From: an uncultured Candidatus Saccharibacteria bacterium | Lineage (GTDB): Bacteria; Patescibacteriota; Minisyncoccia; Phycocordibacterales; UBA9973 | NCBI GenBank assembly: GCA_964603145.1 | Contig: CAZRTW010000002.1 | Span: 1 to 36,421, forward strand | Direction of reading: 5' to 3' | DNA length: 36,421 bases | Part shown: piece by piece, positions 32,564 through 36,421 of the stretch | How the letters are laid out: every line of letters starts with the position of its first letter | How positions within the stretch are numbered: the first letter of the stretch is position 1 | Notes under the pieces: model-generated | The model's input: the letters and a program-made list of their open reading frames with translations, nothing else | What the model was told of the DNA's origin: nothing | The model's database searches: none | Translations under genes and position numbers: made by a program

Positions 32564-34729
32564 TTAAGCCTTTGGAGCTGCGGGAGTAGCCGGCTCTACC
32601 GGCTTTGGGAAGAAGTCTGGCTGAGCGGCTTTGATCGAAAGAGAAATGCGTCCCTTTTCATGATCAACGCCGACTACTTTGACCGGTACTTTCATTCCTT
32701 CCTTAACGAGAGCGGAAACGTTTGCGACACGCCATGGCGCCATTTCAGAAATGTGTACGAGGCCGTCTGCGTATTCAGAAAGTTTTACCACTGCACCAAT
32801 TTCAAGCACTTTGATAACTTCTCCCATCGCAGGCTCGCCGATTTTCCAATCATGCGTCATCTGTTCGACGATTGCCTTTGCCTTGTCAGCCGCGCCGTCC
32901 TTTCCAGTGATGTACACTGTTCCATCATCTTCAATTGTAAGTTCTGCGCCAGTCTTCTCGCGGATTCCGTTGATGATCTTTCCACCAGAACCGATAACGC
33001 CACCAATCTGATCAGGACGGATTTTCATGACGAGAATCTTCGGAGCCTTCGGTGAAATATCTGCGCGTGGTGCTGCAATTTCTTTTTCGATAACATCAAG
33101 AATCTGGAGACGTGCAGCTTTTGCTTGCACCATTGCTTCCTTAAGCGCCTGCACCGGAACGCCAGCTACTTTAATATCGAGCTGGATTGCAGTCACACCT
33201 TCGCGTGTGCCGGCAACTTTGAAGTCCATATCACCATAGTGGTCTTCTGGTCCCTGAATGTCAGTAAGAATTTTGTATTTCATTGGGTCAGCAGCATCTT
33301 GGAGGAGTCCCATAGCAATACCTGCTACTGGGCGTGTGATTGGTACGCCGCCATCCATGAGTGCGAGAGAGCTTCCACAGATTGATGCCTGTGAAGTTGA
33401 ACCGTTTGACGCCATTGATTCAGATACAACACGAATTGTGTATGGGAAATCCATTTTGTTCGGGATAACAGGAATGAGGGCTTTTTCCGCAAGGAATCCG
33501 TGCCCCATTTCGCGACGGTTGATACCGCCTACGCGTCCAGTTTCTCCGGCAGAATATGGCGGGAAGTAGTAGTGATGCGTGAAGCGCTTTGTTCCGCGAA
33601 TTTCCATTCCTTCAATTTCTGTTGCGTCGTCTGGTCCGCCGAGTGTGAGCACAGAGAGCACGTGTGTCTCGCCGCGGTAAAAGATACCAGTTCCGTGGAG
33701 CATGTCAGAGAATCCTCCGGCTTTTGCGAAGAGTCCGCGTACTTGGTCGAAGGCACGGCCATCCGCACGCTTCCCTTCTTTCAAAGCTTTCTCGTGGAGA
33801 AGTTCGTCGAGTTTTGTTTCGAGGTAGTCAGTTGCGATTTCAGCATGTGCGTGTTTTTCACCAGCGACTGTTGGGAATTTTTCTGCAATGACTGCTTTCC
33901 ATTCATCTTCAAGAGTGTGAAATGCTTTCTTACCGTCTGCTCCGAAAATGATATCGAGTTTCTTTCCAACAGTTTCGTTGAAAGCCTCAGTAACTTCAGC
34001 TGGGATTGCTGGTGCTGGCATGTCGAGTTTTGCTTTGCCAATTTCAGCTACAATATCTTTCTGCCACTTTTCGAGTGTGGTGATTGCAGGCATTGCGGTG
34101 TCGAGCGCAGCATTCATTTTTTCTTCGTTGTATTCATGCGCCATCGCTTCGATCATGACAACTTCGCCGTTTTTTCCGCAGACAGTGAGATCGAGTTCGT
34201 AATTGTTTTCTCCTGTATTTGGAACGAAGGCATCAACTGCGAACGGATCCGCTCCGCCTTTCTTGTCGCCAATGTGTACTGCACCGACTGGACCTGCCCA
34301 TGGGATGTCAGAAGTTGCGAGTGCAAGAGATGCAGCATTTACGCCGAGGACACCTGGGTCTGCTTCGCCAATTGCGAGGACGGTAACAATAACCTGAACG
34401 GCGTTTTTGATGTGCTGTGCGAAAAGCGGACGGATAGTGCGGTCGATAACACGAGCAGAGAGAATCGCTTCATCGGATGGACGGCCTTCACGTTTGTTGT
34501 ACTGGCCACCCAAGATGAGACCAGCTGCGTAAAACTTTTCCATGTATTCAACCGTGAGATTGAAAAAGCCACGGTTGTCCTTCCCATCGCCTGAAATACA
34601 AGCGGTTGCGAGAACCACGGTCCCCTCACACTTTAAGATAACCGAACCGTTCGCCTGTTCGGCAAGGTCGGAAAAAACTGCGGTAATGGTTTTACCACCG
34701 ACTACAACTGAATATTCTTTAGTATGCAT
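32564..34729 (-). CDS. pnp: Polyribonucleotide nucleotidyltransferase (PNPase)
   Basis: Two RNase PH-like domains. KH 'IGGVIGSGGKIINGIREKTG' and S1 'GEVIKVLEIGAVVKLSEYADGLVHISEMA' at the C-terminus. The start is set at ATG 34729 (MHTKEYSVVVGGK), with TACAAT 6 nt upstream. Confidence 0.95.
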   Translation of the reverse strand: MHTKEYSVVVGGKTITAVFSDLAEQANGSVILKCEGTVVLATACISGDGKDNRGFFNLTVEYMEKFYAAGLILGGQYNKREGRPSDEAILSARVIDRTIRPLFAQHIKNAVQVIVTVLAIGEADPGVLGVNAASLALATSDIPWAGPVGAVHIGDKKGGADPFAVDAFVPNTGENNYELDLTVCGKNGEVVMIEAMAHEYNEEKMNAALDTAMPAITTLEKWQKDIVAEIGKAKLDMPAPAIPAEVTEAFNETVGKKLDIIFGADGKKAFHTLEDEWKAVIAEKFPTVAGEKHAHAEIATDYLETKLDELLHEKALKEGKRADGRAFDQVRGLFAKAGGFSDMLHGTGIFYRGETHVLSVLTLGGPDDATEIEGMEIRGTKRFTHHYYFPPYSAGETGRVGGINRREMGHGFLAEKALIPVIPNKMDFPYTIRVVSESMASNGSTSQASICGSSLALMDGGVPITRPVAGIAMGLLQDAADPMKYKILTDIQGPEDHYGDMDFKVAGTREGVTAIQLDIKVAGVPVQALKEAMVQAKAARLQILDVIEKEIAAPRADISPKAPKILVMKIRPDQIGGVIGSGGKIINGIREKTGAELTIEDDGTVYITGKDGAADKAKAIVEQMTHDWKIGEPAMGEVIKVLEIGAVVKLSEYADGLVHISEMAPWRVANVSALVKEGMKVPVKVVGVDHEKGRISLSIKAAQPDFFPKPVEPATPAAPKA

Positions 34730-34735
34730 TCTTTT

Positions 34736-34741
34736 ATTGTA
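34736..34741 (-). promoter_or_regulatory. -10-like TACAAT, 6 nt upstream of pnp ATG 34729
   Basis: Read directly from the sequence. No SD sequence is present. Confidence 0.4.
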
Positions 34742-34837
34742 CGTTCGTACCCAGACCGTAAAATTGCTGTGCAATTCTATACGTCTGAGGGCGAACAAGG
34801 CTTATTTGTTAATAATGGTATCCTACACCCTTTATAT

Positions 34838-34872
34838 AAAAAGAAAAGCGGCGCCTTCTATGCAGGCGCCGC
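34838..34872 (-). terminator. Intrinsic terminator after the NYN-domain gene
   Basis: 9-bp GC stem (gcggcgcct / aggcgccgc), followed on the minus strand by TTTTCTTTTT. Confidence 0.8.
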
Positions 34873-34907
34873 ATTCCCAAAGGTCGGACCATTGGGAACT
34901 ATCATAG

Positions 34908-35423
34908 TCAGCCACCTCCGCGAAGAAGGTAGGCGTTTGGGTTTTGAGAGAGATCAAGAAAGTCGTCAGCAACTTCTTTGAGTTTCATAGAAGCAGATTT
35001 GCCAAAGGCGACTACTTCTACTTGGGTACCACCGTTCATCTGAAGGTATTCGACAAGCGGAATAAAGTCACCATCGCCGGAAGCGATAATAACCGTGTCT
35101 ACCTTGTGCGAGATTTTAATAGCATCGACTGCAAGTCCCACGTCCCAGTCGGCCTTTTTTGCGCCACTTGAGAAAACTTGAAGATCTTTTGTTTTTGTCT
35201 CGATGCCCATTTTTGTGAGCGCGTCGAAGAACGCAGATTCATCTCCTGCTTCACTTGTGATTACATAGGCGATAGCGCGTACGAGTTTACGTCCGCCGAC
35301 AGCGTCTTTCAAGACGTTGCCAAAGTGGACGTATGATTTATATAAATTGCGGGCACTGTGATAAATATTTTGCGTGTCGATAAAAACAGCGACACGTTGG
35401 TCGGGGTGTTTGATTATAGCCAT
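34908..35423 (-). CDS. NYN-domain (LabA-like, PIN-fold) protein, putative RNase
   Basis: 'RVAVFIDTQNIYHSAR' and 'IIASGDGDFIPLVEYLQ' match the acidic catalytic motifs of NYN domains. Confidence 0.8.
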   Translation of the reverse strand: MAIIKHPDQRVAVFIDTQNIYHSARNLYKSYVHFGNVLKDAVGGRKLVRAIAYVITSEAGDESAFFDALTKMGIETKTKDLQVFSSGAKKADWDVGLAVDAIKISHKVDTVIIASGDGDFIPLVEYLQMNGGTQVEVVAFGKSASMKLKEVADDFLDLSQNPNAYLLRGGG

Positions 35424-35550
35424 AAGGCAGATTTAAGATTAGAGATTCAAGATTTAAGAAAAAATCCGAATTCAAATACTAGTATTAAAAAATAAAAAAC
35501 GACTTATAAAAAATAACGCACTAAGACAAGTGTAGCATGCTGCTACTCTA

Positions 35551-35576
35551 AAAAGTAAAACCGCCCAATGGGCGGT
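35551..35576 (-). terminator. Intrinsic terminator after rpsO
   Basis: Stem accgccc/gggcggt with a 3-nt loop, followed on the minus strand by TTTACTTTTT. Confidence 0.75.
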
Positions 35577-35578
35577 AA

Positions 35579-35842
35579 TTACTTTACTTCTAATTTCTTG
35601 GTGACTGCAGCAAAACGAGTTTTACTCTTCTTCTCAAGATATTTTAGGTGTGTGCGGCGATCAGCAACCATTTTGAGGAGTCCACGGCGAGAGTGGTTAT
35701 CTTTCTTGTGGGTCTTCAGGTGCTTTGCAAGTTCATCAATACGCGTTGAAAGGATTGCAACCTGAACTTCCGGAGAACCCGTGTCCTTGTCGTGCACCTG
35801 GTGCTTTTTGATGACTGTCGTCTTCTTTTTTGTCTTAAGCAT
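35579..35842 (-). CDS. rpsO: 30S ribosomal protein S15
   Basis: 'GSPEVQVAILSTRIDELAKHLKTHKKDNHSRRGLLKMVADRRTHLKYL'. The start is set at ATG 35842 (87 aa); the 146-aa ORF is an upstream extension. Confidence 0.9.
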   Translation of the reverse strand: MLKTKKKTTVIKKHQVHDKDTGSPEVQVAILSTRIDELAKHLKTHKKDNHSRRGLLKMVADRRTHLKYLEKKSKTRFAAVTKKLEVK

Positions 35843-35852
35843 TACGTTTGTG

Positions 35853-35861
35853 ATAGTAGCA
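35853..35861 (-). promoter_or_regulatory. Extended -10-like TGCTACTAT, 10 nt upstream of rpsO ATG 35842
   Basis: It lies in the divergent rpsO/xer intergenic region. Confidence 0.35.
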
Positions 35862-35903
35862 TAGATTTGATTTTCCCGCAAGACCTTCCCTGCCAAGCCC
35901 GTT

Positions 35904-35933
35904 TTAACGTCGGAAAATATTTTAGAGTATAAT
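35904..35933 (+). promoter_or_regulatory. Promoter-like TTAACG-18 nt-TATAAT, with the -10 ending 9 nt upstream of xer ATG 35943
   Basis: Perfect TATAAT at 35928-35933 and a 4/6 match to the -35 consensus at 35904-35909. Confidence 0.4.
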
Positions 35934-35942
35934 AAGTTCACT

Positions 35943-36421
35943 ATGGCAGGTGAAATTGATCGATTAAAAAAGGAATTTTTGGAATACATGGAGATAGAAC
36001 GCGGCACGAGCCTGCTCACTGTCCGTAATTATGATCACTATCTCTCTAAATTTATTGAGTTTGCGAAAATAAGTTCCGCCAAAGGTATTACGGATGACAC
36101 TGTGCGCGAGTTCCGTCTTCATCTCAACCGCTCCCCTGGTGTACATGTAAAAGGACAAGTGCGTGGCACGATGAAAAAGAATACGCAGAACTATCATCTC
36201 ATTGCATTGCGACGATTTCTCAAATATTTAATGAAACGTGGCGTAACTTCACTCGCTCCGGACAGGATTGAACTTGCCAAGGTGGGCCAGCGTCATCTTG
36301 ATCTCATTTCCGGTACGGAACTTTCTCGACTTCTTTCAGCTCCGCTCTCTAGTGAAAAAACTACCGATCTCAAGTCACTTCGTGACAAGGCAATTCTAGA
36401 ACTTTTCTTTTCTACTGGACT
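35943..36421 (+). CDS. Tyrosine recombinase, XerC/XerD family (3' end outside window)
   Basis: The ORF is open to the window end and is absent from the ORF track because it has no stop. 'FLEYMEIERGTSLLTVRNYDHYLSKF' is the SAM-like core-binding domain, and 'LRDKAILELFFSTG' begins the catalytic domain. Confidence 0.8.
   Translation, partial: MAGEIDRLKKEFLEYMEIERGTSLLTVRNYDHYLSKFIEFAKISSAKGITDDTVREFRLHLNRSPGVHVKGQVRGTMKKNTQNYHLIALRRFLKYLMKRGVTSLAPDRIELAKVGQRHLDLISGTELSRLLSAPLSSEKTTDLKSLRDKAILELFFSTG

Noticed and set aside
33500-34594. Long antisense ORFs: 364 aa opposite pnp, 217 aa at 6399-7052 opposite virB4, 189 aa at 24491-25060 opposite the repeat protein, and many shorter ones.
   Set aside because: Their composition is Cys/Phe/Ser-rich and lacks motifs, which is typical of the reverse frame of a real gene. 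The opposite strand carries strongly supported genes. They have no independent promoter or terminator signals.
35943-36421. A tyrosine recombinase at the window edge as a marker of an integrated mobile element (ICE or prophage) that would include the T4SS-like block.
   Set aside because: It lies 18 kb from the secretion locus, with core genes (rsmA, pcrA, comM, pnp, rpsO) in between. The N-terminal sequence looks like XerC/XerD. No att-like repeats, relaxase, coupling protein or phage genes are visible. Because the gene is truncated, the question cannot be settled from this window.

Overview
This is a compact bacterial chromosome segment with almost no non-coding gaps. 27 of 30 predicted genes are on the minus strand. 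I saw no rRNA, tRNA, CRISPR array or IS element. Recognisable core genes frame the window: jag/khpB (17-487), rsmA and pcrA (18.0-20.9 kb), comM, a DksA/TraR-type zinc-finger gene, pnp, a NYN-domain gene, rpsO, and a 3'-truncated XerC/D-type recombinase at the right edge.

Between jag and rsmA (about 0.6-17.9 kb) lies a block of only secreted or membrane proteins plus a VirB4-family ATPase. I read it as a minimal, Gram-positive-type type-IV-secretion-like locus. It has VirB4 split into two ORFs, a PrgI/VirB3-like protein, a ~900-aa VirB6/TcpH/ConG-like polytopic protein, two cell-wall hydrolases and several orphan surface proteins. The window holds no relaxase, coupling protein or VirB11.

The most unusual feature is a pair of modular secreted proteins (609 and 503 aa). 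Both contain an identical VirB2/TrbC-like two-helix pilin hairpin, encoded by a perfect 336-bp direct repeat (2504-2839 and 5525-5860). The repeat sits between unrelated N-domains and two different peptidoglycan-hydrolase C-domains: a LAS/M15 peptidase and an SLT lytic transglycosylase.

A second block (20.9-28.6 kb) holds charged orphan proteins, including an 864-aa protein with five ~65-70-aa repeats. It also holds an L,D-transpeptidase with an internal Tat-like motif and a LysM-M23 peptidase.

Two window-wide patterns stand out. -10 or extended -10 boxes lie only 6-10 nt upstream of start codons, which implies leaderless mRNAs. Strong hairpin terminators follow almost every transcription unit. 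Gene content and style fit a small-genome, Gram-positive-type lineage such as Patescibacteria/CPR, but taxonomy cannot be established from this window. All functional calls come from motif recognition by eye, not from database searches.
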